A stretch of DNA of 64,000 nt, from the NCBI RefSeq assembly GCF_001194135.2, contig NC_068982.1, positions 132,079,325 through 132,143,324 on the forward strand, read 5' to 3'. The notes beneath the pieces are model-generated. The model ran no database searches and had not been told where the DNA came from. It saw only the letters and a program-made list of their open reading frames with translations. The DNA is from Octopus bimaculoides. Its lineage: Eukaryota. A program made the position numbers and the translations under genes. Positions 14,443-27,806 of the stretch are shown one piece after another (the first letter of the stretch is position 1; each line of letters starts with the position of its first letter).

Positions 14443-14506
14443 TATGCTGGAATCGCATATTTAGACATTTCTTTGCAAAAATGTCTAAATATGTGGATCC
14501 AACATA
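14443..14506. repeat. 64-nt stem-loop (28-bp imperfect stem, 8-nt loop)
   Basis: The core CATATTTAGACATTT / AAATGTCTAAATATG is perfect. The outer stem has two mismatches and two G-U pairs. Confidence 0.7.
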
Positions 14507-14974
14507 AAATTATTTTCTTTGCTTTCTTTTTCTTTTTCTTGTTCTGTTAATAGCTATCGGATAGCTTTTTACGTTTCACATTATTATTATTAATTTGCTG
14601 ATGTATGCCAAATATAATAGAGAATTGAATAAAAGGCCATGCGATATTTGATAATGTTTCTTTTCGTTCTAAATTCAAAACGCATCGAGGTCAACTTTTT
14701 AATAACTCATCGTTTTGAATTTCCTTTTAAAAAAAGTTGTGTACTGTGACTGATTAGGGTTGATTAAAAGAATGCGTTGTTCTATGTCAAATTTAGAAAT
14801 TATTATTACAACTGATATGTCGATATTAACAACTTAAATAACTTTCGAGCTGTAAGTTTTAAAGACATTATTTCAGACGACCGTGCGTAAGTCAAAACTT
14901 GGCTACTTTGTTGTCATTCAGAAATGTATGAAACAGAATGCATAGCCATTTTGTCTCACACTATATATATATAT

Positions 14975-15164
14975 GAGCACAAGACCTCAAATTTAGAGGA
15001 TGAGTTTAGTCGATTATAAAAATTTCAGTGTTTGGCTGTTACTTTTTATCTATCTCGGAAGAGTATAAATCAGAGTCGAAGTCAATGGTGTTTGAATTCG
15101 GAACTTAGACGTAACTAAATATAACAACGCATTTTGTCTGACGAGTCTACCAATCTGCCGCCTC
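14975..15164 (-). mobile_element. SINE family 2, diverged
   Basis: Reverse-complement homology to the other family 2 copies. Confidence 0.6.
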
Positions 15165-15909
15165 AACCTTTCTCACTGTATTAATTAGAAAAATCTATGA
15201 AACAAACAAGAACGGACAGTTACTACTCAAAAGAAAAGTGTTTGATAAACACGCTCTTATTCCTTGTGTAAATTTACTAAACCAGGAACCAATTTCATTG
15301 GCTGTTTTCCATGAATGTTACTGAACTAATAGTAGAACGACCCGTTTCCTTATTATATGATCGATTTGCCACTAATTGGCTCAGCTAAATACAATTATGT
15401 GCTATAAAATTAGAAAATATTTTTCTCTTTCACACAAATAATGACAAATCATTCATCACATTGTTGCATACTCATAAAATGACAATGTTGTATAGAAAAC
15501 ACTACATCAATCATTAAGTCGTCTATCACCCACTGTAACCATAGAAGTATCCTTTTTCTTTCTTTCCTTTTTCTTTTGTTTTTGAGCAATATTCATAAAC
15601 ACTTCAGAAAATATTAAATGAACCCGAAGGAAAATATTTTCAGTTAAGAACAACCAATTATTTTCTAGCATTTTGCTCTTAAAATCGTCATCAAAGCCTG
15701 GATTTTATTACTCCTTTAAAATACATGTATTCTATTTGCTTATGTATTTACATTGCCGTGCGCATATTTAGTTTCTTGTATCTTCATTTTATTAAGTGGA
15801 GAGGGTTCGATCATTTCATATACTTGAATACAAGGATTCTTGTATTTTGTAATACATCCAATACCACATCCTACTTTTGTAATAATCGCTATTGTGCTAT
15901 TATATTTAA

Positions 15910-15977
<68 letters not shown>

Positions 15978-17794
15978 CGTGCGCGTGTATGCAAAAGCAT
16001 CGTCTAATGTCATTACATTTTTCGACAATTTCATTTGATGTCATTTTCTATGCTCGTTGTTTTCTTCTACCGTCTGACTATTAAATGAATGACCATATCA
16101 AAGATAAAGGCAGTTCGTTTTGCATTTGGACTATAACACGGCTCGATTCACTTAACTCTCAAGAAAATAAGTCCTCGTTTATTTGAGAATATTATTGAGT
16201 TAAGTTGTTTTTTTTTATAAAAGTTATTTGGCTATTAGAATTTAATGTTCATGTTTTTTTTTTAACAAGTTAGTGAGGGAAGATATTGTACTTCTGACTT
16301 GTGCAGGACCCTTCCAGATAGGTGATATTAGTTCAGCCGATGCCAACCCAATCACTGCATGAAAATGTTACTGAAGAGTAAACTGAGGTTTGGCTGAACT
16401 TTTTACTAAAAACGTTTGCGTAGAAATAAACTTTGAAAAAGCAATGGATATTTCATGTTAGTACATCCGTCCTTCATTCATAACACAGAGATGAATAGCC
16501 AATATTTTATAAAAAGAATGTGATAGGAAGCATAAAATCAAAGTATTCATAAATTAAGATGAAATTAAATATTTATTTTCTTTTGTAAATATAAAATCTC
16601 TAAACAAGTAGAGAGAGTTGTCTGATCGAACAGCGCCTGCAGTTGGATTAAATCACATAGAGAGACATTAAATACAAATCATATAAAAAAGCTATTAAAT
16701 AAATAATATGAAATACATAATTTGATATAATAATGATTATATTACAAAAATATAAATATGCTTGTTAATATAAAAAAAATTATTTGACTGAAATAAAAAC
16801 AAAGCAGATCATATGAAAAGCCAAATCTTTACAGATCTCGTCCACGACTCAAATTTAACATTGCAGACCACTACAATTTATTTCTGCGCTTTTATTTGTG
16901 TGTATGTGAATATACCTGTATGTGTGAGTGCACATACTCTACTCTGCAACACTTAAATTTGAAAAAGTATGTCTAATATCCTTCTCAAATATATTGAACA
17001 AAACTAAAAACTAATGAAATGATACTCATTCATGAGTCTTCTATCGAAAAATTGACTCCCTATCCATTCAATCATCGCAAGAGTGGTCATGCAACAGTTC
17101 TTGACTCGGAGGGTCAGGCAAAATAATTTGCGTTATTTAATTACTCTCCTTTACAATGTAATTTAAATCTTTTTAAGGTCAACATTGGCTTTCTGGTTTA
17201 AAAAAATAGGTTCCCATCAAGAACTAGATTCACTTTAATCGACTTTACTCTGATACAAAACCTGTGGCATTTTTGTCAGTGGGAAAAGACATTGTGAAAT
17301 AACTACAACAGTCGGTAGAGTAACTGATACGAAAGGGTGTCAAACTAAATGCTCTGACATGTATAATTACGTTACTTTACATGAAATAAATGACTTGTAA
17401 TATTATTTTTTATTATTTAATTTCTGCTTTTAAATCCACCCGTAATTGACTTTGGTAAAAATATTACTGGAGATGTACAGCAGTTAATCAAATGTATTAT
17501 TTCAATTTAAAATATTCTACAAAATCAAACAAATTCTAAAGCCATCAGAAGACGGCAGAATGGCAGAAGCATTACGACACTTATCTAAATATTCCTGCAT
17601 TTCTTGCCGTTGTATTATCAGAAGTGTAGTGAGGCAATTTACCCAATTATTTTCCTTTACAAATTCATGGCTTGTGAGAAATAAAATGCATATTCGAGTT
17701 ACATATTTTATTAATAAAACAATTGTTTGTTGTTTGGTAACAATTGAGAAATGTCTAACATGACTTCATTTTATTCTTTTTCCAGACTTGAACC

Positions 17795-17864
17795 ATGAAG
17801 ATTATAATCCTGTTAAGTATTTTATTAATTCTTCTCCAGGCCTATACAGGAACCTCCAGACGAT
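17795..17864 (+). CDS. First coding exon of agatoxin-like (ICK/knottin) peptide precursor: signal peptide MKIIILLSILLILLQAYTGTSRR
   Basis: Branch-like CTAAC near 17755 and polypyrimidine tract ending ttccAG (17784-85). The exon starts at 17786 with 9 nt of UTR, then AACC-ATG at 17795, a hydrophobic signal peptide, and a perfect GTAAGT donor at 17865 (phase 1). Confidence 0.8.
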
Positions 17865-18096
17865 GTAAGTTATACAATTTTCTTCTCAATGTATACTATG
17901 ATGTAAGATAAAATTAAAACCACACGATGTTTATACTTTATGACTACAATTTCTCTCACTATTCGTCAGTTATTCATCTTTTATCCGATCTATTTATTTA
18001 CTTGTGTGTATATTGTGCACATGGGACTGAATGGGCATTGAATGAAAGGAAAATTAAATGAAAGCTGGTTAATCTACATATATATAAAATTGAGAA

Positions 18097-18183
<87 letters not shown>

Positions 18184-18988
18184 CCCTAAAACTCCAGAAC
18201 TACACAACCAATTTCATTCAAATTTTACACATGCCTTACTTAGGGTTGTGTTTCAGTAACAAAACATTTTAACTTCTTGCATACTTCCAGCCCACAGCAA
18301 TATCATATCTCCTCCACTATTTAAGTATTACGTGTCAAAAGTGAAACAAAAACACTCATGTCATTCGAACCGGAATCTCAAAAACATTGTCACCTCACAT
18401 CTCATTCTCATTTAAGTACTACGACAGGCAAATAAAAATTACTTGTATGACATAAAGCTGATTTTCCTTAGTTCAATTATTATGACGCCTGCTAAATTAC
18501 AGACAGTGTTTGAATATGTTCCCGTGGTACCTTTTTTTTCTCTTGGCTTGACGAATTACCACTAGTTTGAAAATTATTTCGATCTTCTATTGCTTTAGCA
18601 GCATACAAATGTTGCCTGCACCTGTTTTTGTGACGTTGCTAATTAGAAATAGGAGTGAAATACAAAAATTGTGACTTGTGTGCTATCAGTTTGAAGAATT
18701 GTGGTACGAGATCTGTTTGATCTGCAAGAGGTTTTGTCCGATGAAATCAAAACCTTTCTGGACAGTATCAATAGATAGATGGAAACGAATCCATTCTTCT
18801 TAAATATGACTTCATTGCTACGTATAACAATATTTAGAGCTCTAACTGCAGAAGACAACCCTAACTGCAGGAGACAACCAGAAAGAATATAAAATATCAA
18901 ATAGAAGGCGAATTTAGAAAATATTTCATCATTCATAGATCATAATACAAATGTATAAACTTTGTTACTCGCAAATATCTACCAATTA

Positions 18989-19135
18989 GTCTTTCCCATC
19001 GTGCTGAACACTAGCCCATGTGAAGCCCTGTAGTATGGAAACCTCTGCACACTAATACAGGACGAAAATAATTAGATTAATGCATTTGGAAGAAACATGT
19101 GGCGCAAAATTTAAGGAATATAAAGTTACAAAAGA
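18989..19135 (+). mobile_element. RTE-clade LINE fragment
   Basis: VFPIVL..*YGNLCTL..*INAFGRNMWRKI*GI resembles the RTE motif VFPI..YG.E.WTL..I.AFE..WR.IL.I. Confidence 0.5.
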
Positions 19136-19737
19136 GAGAGAACCCTGGTACAGTGTGCTAAAATGCGTCTGAACAACGGCTGCTTGAACAAAGTATCTTC
19201 ATTTCAAAGCATATAATGAAAAATATTAAATTTCACCTCTTTATTCAGAATCTTGACCACGAATAAATTTAGCGTGCGTGCTCGCACGCACACGTGTGTA
19301 ACTTATATATACGCATACGTATATATTTATACATATATAGACATATGGATGTATATGTAAGTACAACGCTGGGAAAATGGAGTACTCTATAGAAAAATTC
19401 TCGGGAATTATAAAATGATGACAGAAAAGCGATAGTAGTATATGCTAGAGAAAGTAGGAAATTAGAGGAACAATACCGTGGGAAGTGGCAGCTGATCAAA
19501 TATCCATCTCTGTCTCTATGATGTAGTTATTGAATTATTAGACTTGTGGTGGGGGCAACGATAGAGTCTTTTATAAAGAGATAAATATTGCAGAAAATGA
19601 GCTTTGGTTGTGTCCTTTATTTGAAGATATTGACTGAAGAGAAATATGGAAAAGAACGTGCGTGTGCATGCGTGTGTGAGAGAGAGCGTGAGACAGACAG
19701 ACAAAGAGGAAGACAGAGAGAGACTAACAGACAGATA

Positions 19738-19796
<59 letters not shown>

Positions 19797-22393
19797 TGTG
19801 TGTGTGCGCGCGCGCGCGTACATATATATGTTAGAAACAGCAACGAAATCTCCCATCTCTAAACAAATTATACCGTATCTAAAAATGTCATATTGGCCAT
19901 TGTAGTTCTGGATAAACTAAACCTGACAAAAAAAGGTGTAACAGAAATGACTGACGCATTTTCGATAATAGGTTCTCTCAATCGGGACTGAGATGGGGCT
20001 AAACAACAATGACAACTAATGCCCCTTTTTTCATTGGTTTATGCAACACAGATCATCTTATTATTTTTGCTTAAATAATTTCCGTTATCTGATGGGAAAT
20101 TCTGTTGTATATTTTATATAAGAGACATATGGCCATTTGTACAAAAGGCATTACCTAAAACGTTTGTTAGTCAAGACTGACTCTCCAATGACATCTCAAG
20201 AGTTTCTGTCAGGGTGCAGATATAAGCTGGGTTTCTTTTCTACATCGAAGACCAGTACGCTAGGTAGTCATTCCTCTTCATTCCGGTGGTATGGGTCGAC
20301 GCACTTCGGCATCATTAAACGACTTCACCAAAGATGTAAGAAAGTAAACAGCTGAAATAAATACCACAAGACATTTTGTCTAATGTTCCTGACAAGTACT
20401 TTATGTTACCAATCCCAGAAAGATGGTGGAAAAAGTTAACCTTGCGGAATTGGAACTCAGAACGCAAAAACCTGAAGCAAACACTGCAAGACATTTTGTA
20501 CCATTCTCTAACAATTCTACTAATCCTTTGCCATAGACTGCCATGAAGATGATTAGCAAGGTTAATCTCGACAGATTTTGAACTCGGAAACTAAATGCCC
20601 GAACAAACAACGCAGGCTATTTTCCTACTATTCTTACATTTCTCTCAATCTATCGCCTCGATAAGCGCCATTAAGTTTTTTTTTAAATTTCGGTCAAAGG
20701 CTTTTACTTTTCTTTTTCTTTTGTATTCGTAAATGAATATACGTCTACATCACCAAGTGCTCTGAAATATTTACATTAATAACTGTTTTGTGTTAAAGTA
20801 TAATTTACTAGCATCTGCACATCATGTATAATTCATGTGTTTAAATTAAGTATTTAACTGTCTGTATTTTTATTAGATGCAAATACCCCTATTTCAGCAG
20901 AAAAAGAAAAAAAGAAAAATAGGAAGAAATATATTCTTTAAATACTGTCTTGTTGTTTTTGTTTGTTTCCCGTTCGATATCATATGAGTTTGTTTTCTTT
21001 TTTTACAAAACCAGTTTAAGTTATGTAATTATTGTTTATATTTCAATAAACAACAGTAGTTTTAGATAAATTCTGAAAATACTTCTGATTCTGATTACTA
21101 ACTTCTGAAGTATTCCAAATAACGTTGGTCTTTTTAGAGAAATGTATAATAGACATGGTTTTTGTCGTTTATTTTAACAATAATTATTTAAAGCATTTTC
21201 CGATGAAAAGAATTTGTAAAGATATCTTGAGAAATGTATCTTACAACAGAGTATAATATCTCATAGCTTATATTATAGATGCTATTATTTTTCTCTTTTT
21301 GCGGTTCGATAATTTCGTAATCTAGCTTTGTATGTTTTAGTTTGCTTCAACAGAGATAAACTGTTTATTCACAGCAATGCTATCTAGCAACAGATAATAT
21401 TATCTGAACACCATTTACTTCTCAGGTCACCAGTATACATGCACATACACTTGTTTTCCTTAAGCTTTCACTCTTATTATTTCTAACTATACTTTAACTA
21501 TTTGTGCAATATCCATACCTATATTTATTTTGAATATAAATACAATTTTTCCCATGTTTTCTGGCCTTTCGTTGATCCGATTGTTTATAGGTTTCTATTT
21601 TGCTGTAGGCAGTATTTCTTCAGTATGGAAGCACAAAAGAAATAATGTCCTTGTATCGAGATCAGCCTTTTGCATTGCGTATCGATACAACATTAACATT
21701 GTATCAACACAATAGTATTGATTGCGTCACCACAAAAGATAATACTTCAGCCGAAGAAAGATTCTATATTTGAAAAGCAAATATTCTAATATCAGAAATT
21801 CTGCTTAAGAGTGGGAATAAATTAGCTATATCTCGTCCAGTAGTGTCAACCTAGTTGGTCGTAGGGAGCAGTTAAAGACTTCATTGTTCAATATACTTAG
21901 GAACCATTGAAATTTTACTTCAAACAACGCCATTACAAGAGCATGTAAGGCAACGCACTGCATATTAACATAACTTTTGTCAGTTATCCGCTGCTTTCTC
22001 TTGTTACAGTAGTAAGTTCAATACTCCATAGTATTTACATACAGACAAGGCACATGGATATTTGGAATTTAAATGTCTTGTCTCTGTTAAGGATACTGTG
22101 TAGTGATAGTAACATAAACCGTTCACAATATAATCTCGCCAGTTGCCGTTCCTGAGATAAAAAATAATCAATTTGTAGCCGTTAGAAAATATTCGGATCT
22201 GCTTCCGTTTGATTGTTTCTCGTTCAAAAAGTATATGCAATTTTCATTATCAAGAATAATTTGCAATATGCCGTTAATACTGGTTTCAAATTGTGAGTAC
22301 TGAATGGATGTAATCGATGTAATCAACTTGCTCCTTCCCCAAGCATTTCAGGCCTTGTACCTATACTATAAAGGAAGATTACTAGATAGCCCA

Positions 22394-22583
22394 GGGCGGC
22401 AAGCTAGCAGAATCGTTCATACAGAACAAAATGTCTAGTAGCATATCGTTCGTCCGAGTTCAAGTTCCACTGAGGACATTCCTGCCTTTCATCTTTTTGA
22501 GGTCGATTTTTATCGAGCACTGGGATCGTTGTAACCCAACTCCCCGAAATTGCTGGCCTTGTGACAAAATTTGAAATCAATAT
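22394..22583 (+). mobile_element. SINE family 2 (a 3' fragment also lies at about 22290-22370)
   Basis: ggcaagctagcagaatcgtt..ccgagttcaag..gcctttcatc..gaggtcgat..gctggccttgtgacaaaatttgaaatc. Confidence 0.8.
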
Positions 22584-22975
22584 TATGTAGTTCATATTAC
22601 TTCTAAGTAAATAATTAGCTCGCAAAATAATTAACTTCAAAACACAGAAATATATTTTTAGATTAGCTGACCATATTTCTTCCAAGGGGTAAAAATAGGA
22701 AAGTTATTAACTTTCAAACCACCAAACATTTTAATTTTAAAATATTTCTTACATAAATACAAGGCTTCGGGTTTCTGTGATAAACCAAATTTACATATTT
22801 ATATCTTCGCAAAATTATATGTATTTTAACTAAAGTAGCATTTTTGTGGCTTAGTCATCAGATGAAGAGAGCAAGATGCATGAGATTTTTCTGGGTCTCG
22901 CAGATTGGTGGGAGAAAGTTATCCCGGATACATGTAGCCGAGTGGATTATACTAAAAAAAGTCAAGGATCAGTTG

Positions 22976-23215
22976 GTAGCCAAAATCCAAACCATTATTA
23001 GGGATAAATTTCGAAGGGAATGAAAAAGAAAAACATTTACCATCTATCTCCTGGACCATAGTTTCAAGCTCTAAATTAGCAAATAAAATAATTTAGTAAT
23101 TATTTTATTTGCTAATTTAGAGCTTGAAACCATTGTCCAGGAGATAGATGGTAAATGTTTTTCTTTTTCATTCCCTTCGAAATTTATCCCTAATAGTGTT
23201 TTGGATTTTGGCTAC
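22976..23215. repeat. Near-perfect 240-bp palindrome (118-bp arms, 4-nt loop TAGT)
   Basis: 22976-23093 pairs with 23098-23215, with only four non-Watson-Crick positions. TA lies just inside both ends. Confidence 0.95.
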
Positions 23216-24541
23216 TCCTTCTAGCATGCTTATGTGTTTAAATGTACACTGTATTTATATAAATAATATATAGTCTATTGACTAGTTTTCTACATACTAG
23301 GCCACTGGTAGTAAAAAATTTCTAAACTTTTTTCTTACCCTGATATTTATTAATTATATCTGTGTATATGTATATATATGTGTGTGTGTGTGAGAGTGGA
23401 TGTGTGTGTGTGCGCGTGCATATATNNNNNNNNNNNNNNNNNNNNNNNNNNNNNNNNNNNNNNNNNNNNNNNNNNNNNNNNNNNNNNNNNNNNNNNNNNN
23501 NNNNNNNNNNNNNNNNNNNNNNNNNNNNNNNNNNNNNNNNNNNNNNNNNNNNNNNNNNNNNNNNNNNNNNNNNNNNNNNNNNNNNNNNNNNNNNNNNNNN
23601 NNNNNNNNNNNNNNNNNNNNNNNNNNNNNNNNNNNNNNNNNNNNNNNNNNNNNNNNNNNNNNNNNNNNNNNNNNNNNNNNNNNNNNNNNNNNNNNNNNNN
23701 TATCATTATTCTCCAGTCTTGTTATATAATATTTGATATCATGGAAAAAGAAATTATTAAAATATAGTTTTAGGTTAAAAGTTTTGAAAAAATAAAGAAA
23801 ATTATTCCTTACATTGTTTGCTGATCATGATTTTCTGAAACATTGTTTTTTAATGATTTTTGTTTCTTTTCAATGTTGGGAGCTATGTGTAATAACAGAC
23901 TCTCACTTCTTCATGAATGCATTGCATAAATTCTCTTTCTTTACATTTACTGTACTGCTTATCGGTGTAGAAATCTTATTATAATGGAACGTTGAAAATA
24001 GAATGTGAATAGACGAATATCTTATAGCTACTGAAGGTTATCCTTTTTTTATGGAAAACCAAATCTCATTTTTACGATGAAGCTCTTCATATTTCATTAC
24101 AATCAATCCAACATGAGTTGAATTTCCTATGGCTTGAACTGCATTATATTTGCAATGTTTAATGAAAGAAATTAAATGCCTAATTTCTCTTCTAGACTTC
24201 TTAGTTGTTCAACAATAAGAAGAATAATTTCCTTTGTATTATGATGTCTGTTTATCAATGGAGACATTTTAACAATACCATCTCTTACTTTATTTTATCA
24301 ACTTACTATTCTTTCTGAAATGTTGCTAGTTTATTTGTAGAATTCAGAATGATTTCATTTTTACTGTACAAACTTCAGCTACAAATCTGAAATTCATAAT
24401 AAAAATTCACAAAGTTGTTTTTGATTAGCTTCTTCAACAACAAAAAATAAAGCTGTTTATTCAGATGCCATGCACACTGCAGAATACCCTTCCTGCTGGC
24501 AGCCATCTCACTTGCTAGCAACTATGGGTTTTCATATAATG

Positions 24542-24625
24542 AAGAATCTATGGTGTGACAAAACATATCTATACAAATTTTAAAATAAAGAATCTATGTT
24601 GTGACAAAACATATCTATACGAATT
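24542..24625 (+). repeat. Tandem duplication, 46-bp period
   Basis: aagaatctatg(g/t)tgtgacaaaacatatctatac(a/g)aatt occurs twice. Confidence 0.9.
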
Positions 24626-24969
24626 ATCTCAAACAATAACTTGCGGTATGTATATTTAGGTTTATATCAGAAGAATGATTTAATCTTTTCTTACAAAGAT
24701 AGTAGGTATACTCTTGGTAGGTTAAAGAAGAACATGGCAAAATACTTTCGAACATTTGGCGAGCTAAATCATCATTACGATAAACCTCTCTCAGTTAATT
24801 TCTTAGATGTCGTAATAAAACTTTGTACCAATGTATACAAAACATATAAAAAGACACAAAGAGAAGTTTATCTGCATGAACACACCATGTGACACTTACC
24901 AGCTGTCTTCAAAACCTTGTAAGGAATATTAGTAGGATATGAAAGTTTCAAGTAGGAAAATATCAGGAG

Positions 24970-25119
24970 ACACAGGTACAGCTGGGCGGTAAGAAGTTCG
25001 CTTCCCGACCGGGTTCAGTCACACTGCGTGTCACCTTAGATAAGTGTCTTCTACTATATCTTCGGGCTGACCAAAGCCTTGTGAGTGGATCTGATAAACA
25101 GAAAGTGAAAAGAAGCCCA
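24970..25119 (+). mobile_element. SINE family 1, 5' half
   Basis: Homology to 8639-8785. Confidence 0.8.
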
Positions 25120-25123
25120 CAGT

Positions 25124-25212
<89 letters not shown>

Positions 25213-25704
25213 NNNNNNNNNNNNNNNNNNNNNNNNNNNNNNNNNNNNNNNNNNNNNNNNNNNNNNNNNNNNNNNNNNNNNNNNNNNNNNNNNNNNNNNN
25301 NNNNNNNNNNNNNNNNNNNNNNNNNNNNNNNNNNNNNNNNNNNNNNNNNNNNNNNNNNNNNNNNNNNNNNNNNNNNNNNNNNNNNNNNNNNNNNNNNNNN
25401 NNNNNNNNNNNATATATATATATATATATATAAAATTAGAAAATGGAGAATAACATACATTAACCAAGACATCAATAAGACCACATTTACTGCTTGTTTG
25501 TTGATACAAAGCAAGACATAACAAAGCTAACAGCTGTTTCTGATCAAAATTCCCAGAATGCTGTCTATACATAAATGCGAGAATAAAATTCTTCATCTTC
25601 ATAGGGCATTCGAATTAAGGCAACCGATCGTCATTAGCGTGAAAAGCAAGAGCATACACTATAAACAGAAGGGAGAAGGAAGAGGTAAGAAAACATGGTT
25701 TAGA

Positions 25705-26949
25705 GAAATAGTGTAAGTGGTTAAGGGGAGGCAACAGGTCGCGGTAGGCCAGCAGTTCAATGAAAACAAGGAAAACAAATATGGCTTCAAAATTGCAGAG
25801 GGAAAACTTTGCCCCTTTTCCTTAGCTTAATAAATTTATTGATGAAAATGAGTTCCTCGTCGATAATGATATGGTTGAGTTGATGCGAAACCATATTTGC
25901 ATTCTTAGACAAGAATTATCCCTATATTTTCTCAATTTGCAAAAAATTGAGCAACTTTACTGCTTCTGAACAATCCATTTTCCATATCTTTTGCTGATCT
26001 CCCTTCCGAGGACACAACCATGCAGGAGCAGTTCATAGAATTGTTGAATGACAGAGCTGCAAAACAGATCTTTCGTGAAATAAGTTGTAATGACATGACT
26101 TTTGGATTCAAATAGCACAGCTTTATCCAGATATTTCAAAGATGGCACTGAAATATCTGGTTCCCTTCACGACCACTTATGAGTGCGAGTTGGTGTTTTC
26201 GGGTCTTCAATCGATAAAAAGCAAACAACGAAACAGACTGAATGTTGCACACGATACAAGGGTTGCTTTATCCAGAACCCAGTCAAATCAAATATAGATG
26301 AGTTGGTAAAGCTGAAGCAAATACATTAATCCTCCTTTTGAACAGGTTTAATGATTTTTCTTTAATACATCTATAAAACAAATATCCTATCTTCTATCGG
26401 TTTTTTGGCAAATATATATGCGAATAAAGGAAAGAATCGGATAAAATATACAAAGAATTAAGCGCCACGTCAATGCCATAATCCCTTTCTTATACCGGAC
26501 CTTACTTGCCACCGAACTTAATATTTGTGAAAATGGGTTTGAAAGCATAAATTACTAATGAATAATTAAAGTTTGGTATAGTTAACTGTGGCCCTACTTC
26601 ATAGCCTAAAAAGAAGCAAAATGTTAATTTTTTCATATCATTATTCCAACATTTGGTGTCATGTTAGTGTCACTATTCTTATTTTATGCTTACAACTAAC
26701 ATTTATATTTAATCACATTATTGAGGTTTTGTGCATTCAACTACTTAAGCCTAATAGTAGTATAATCGCGAACATTTTGCATTTGATTAATCACTTATTC
26801 CTGCCAAAATAGGCCGGGGACCACGATGCCTCCACAAAATGGCCAAGGAACCGCGAGGCCTCTAAAACATGGCCAGGGGACAGCGAGGCCTCCAAAAAAT
26901 GGCCAGGGGACCGCGAAGCGAAAATTTTGAAAAAGGTTGAGAACCACCG
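25705..26949 (+). mobile_element. 5'-truncated hAT Charlie/Buster-type transposon remnant
   Basis: Frameshifted C-terminal transposase (..QEQFIELLND..FW..YPDISKMALKYLVPFTTTYECELVFS..IKSKQRNRLNV..) ending at TAA 26327-29. Right TIR AGGTTGAGAACCACCG (26934-26949) is followed by GTCTAAAC. No left TIR. Confidence 0.85.
26812..26920 (+). repeat. GC-rich subterminal minisatellite of the hAT element (about 4 x 29-30 bp)
   Basis: Units resemble GGCCAGGGGACCGCGAGGCCTCCAAAAAAT. Confidence 0.8.
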
Positions 26950-27374
26950 GTCTAAACCATGTTTTCTTAGCTCTTCCATCTCCCTTTTGTTTATATTCTA
27001 TGCTCTTGCTTTTCACGCTGATGAAGATCGGTTGCCTTAATTCGAATGCCCTATGAAGATGAAGACTGCATTCTGGGAATTTTGATCAGAAACAGCTGTT
27101 AGCTTTGTTATGTCTTGCTTTGTATCAATAAACAAGCTTTAAATGTGGTCTTATCAATGTATTGATTAATCTATGTTTTTCTCCATTTTCTAATTATTTG
27201 TATTGGTTCCTGATGAACGTTTTGTTTATTCTATTGTCACCTGCGCTCGATGTATATGGTATCCCTGCACACCAGTGCCCGGGGATAAACCAGGTAACGG
27301 ATACTGATAGTACATACGTATATTTTATCCCTCGGTCGGTTACTACAACTGCTAACTCTCTCTCTCTCTCTCTC

Positions 27375-27447
<73 letters not shown>

Positions 27448-27635
27448 NNNNNNNNNNNNNNNNNNNNNNNNNNNNNNNNNNNNNNNNNNNNNNNNNNNNN
27501 NNNNNNNNNNNNNNNNNNNNNNNNNNNNNNNNNNNNNNNNNNNNNNNNNNNNNNNNNNNNNNNNNNNNNNNNNNNNNNNNNNNNNNNNNNNNNNNNNNNN
27601 NNNNNNNNNNNNNNNNNNNNNNNNNNNNNNNNNNN

Positions 27636-27724
<89 letters not shown>

Positions 27725-27726
<2 letters not shown>

Positions 27727-27806
27727 TACGATGGGTCTCTTTCAGGTTCCGTCTACCAAATCCATTCACAAGGCTTTGGTTGGCCTGAAGCTACAGTAGA
27801 AGACAC
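27725..27806 (-). mobile_element. SINE family 1 fragment
   Basis: ccgtctaccaaatccattcacaaggctttgg..tagaagacac is the reverse complement of the SINE body. Confidence 0.8.

Larger units (their letters stand above)
25434..27195. repeat. Inverted repeat arms 25434-25704 and 26951-27195 bracketing the hAT remnant
   Basis: The arms are reverse complements (e.g. ttcttcatcttcatagggcattcgaattaaggcaaccgatc vs gatcggttgccttaattcgaatgccctatgaagatgaa), with scattered substitutions and an insertion of about 26 bp in the left arm. Confidence 0.9.

Noticed and set aside
18643-18936. 97-aa minus-strand ORF with a hydrophobic N-terminus
   Set aside because: No recognisable domain or splice context; this length is expected by chance.
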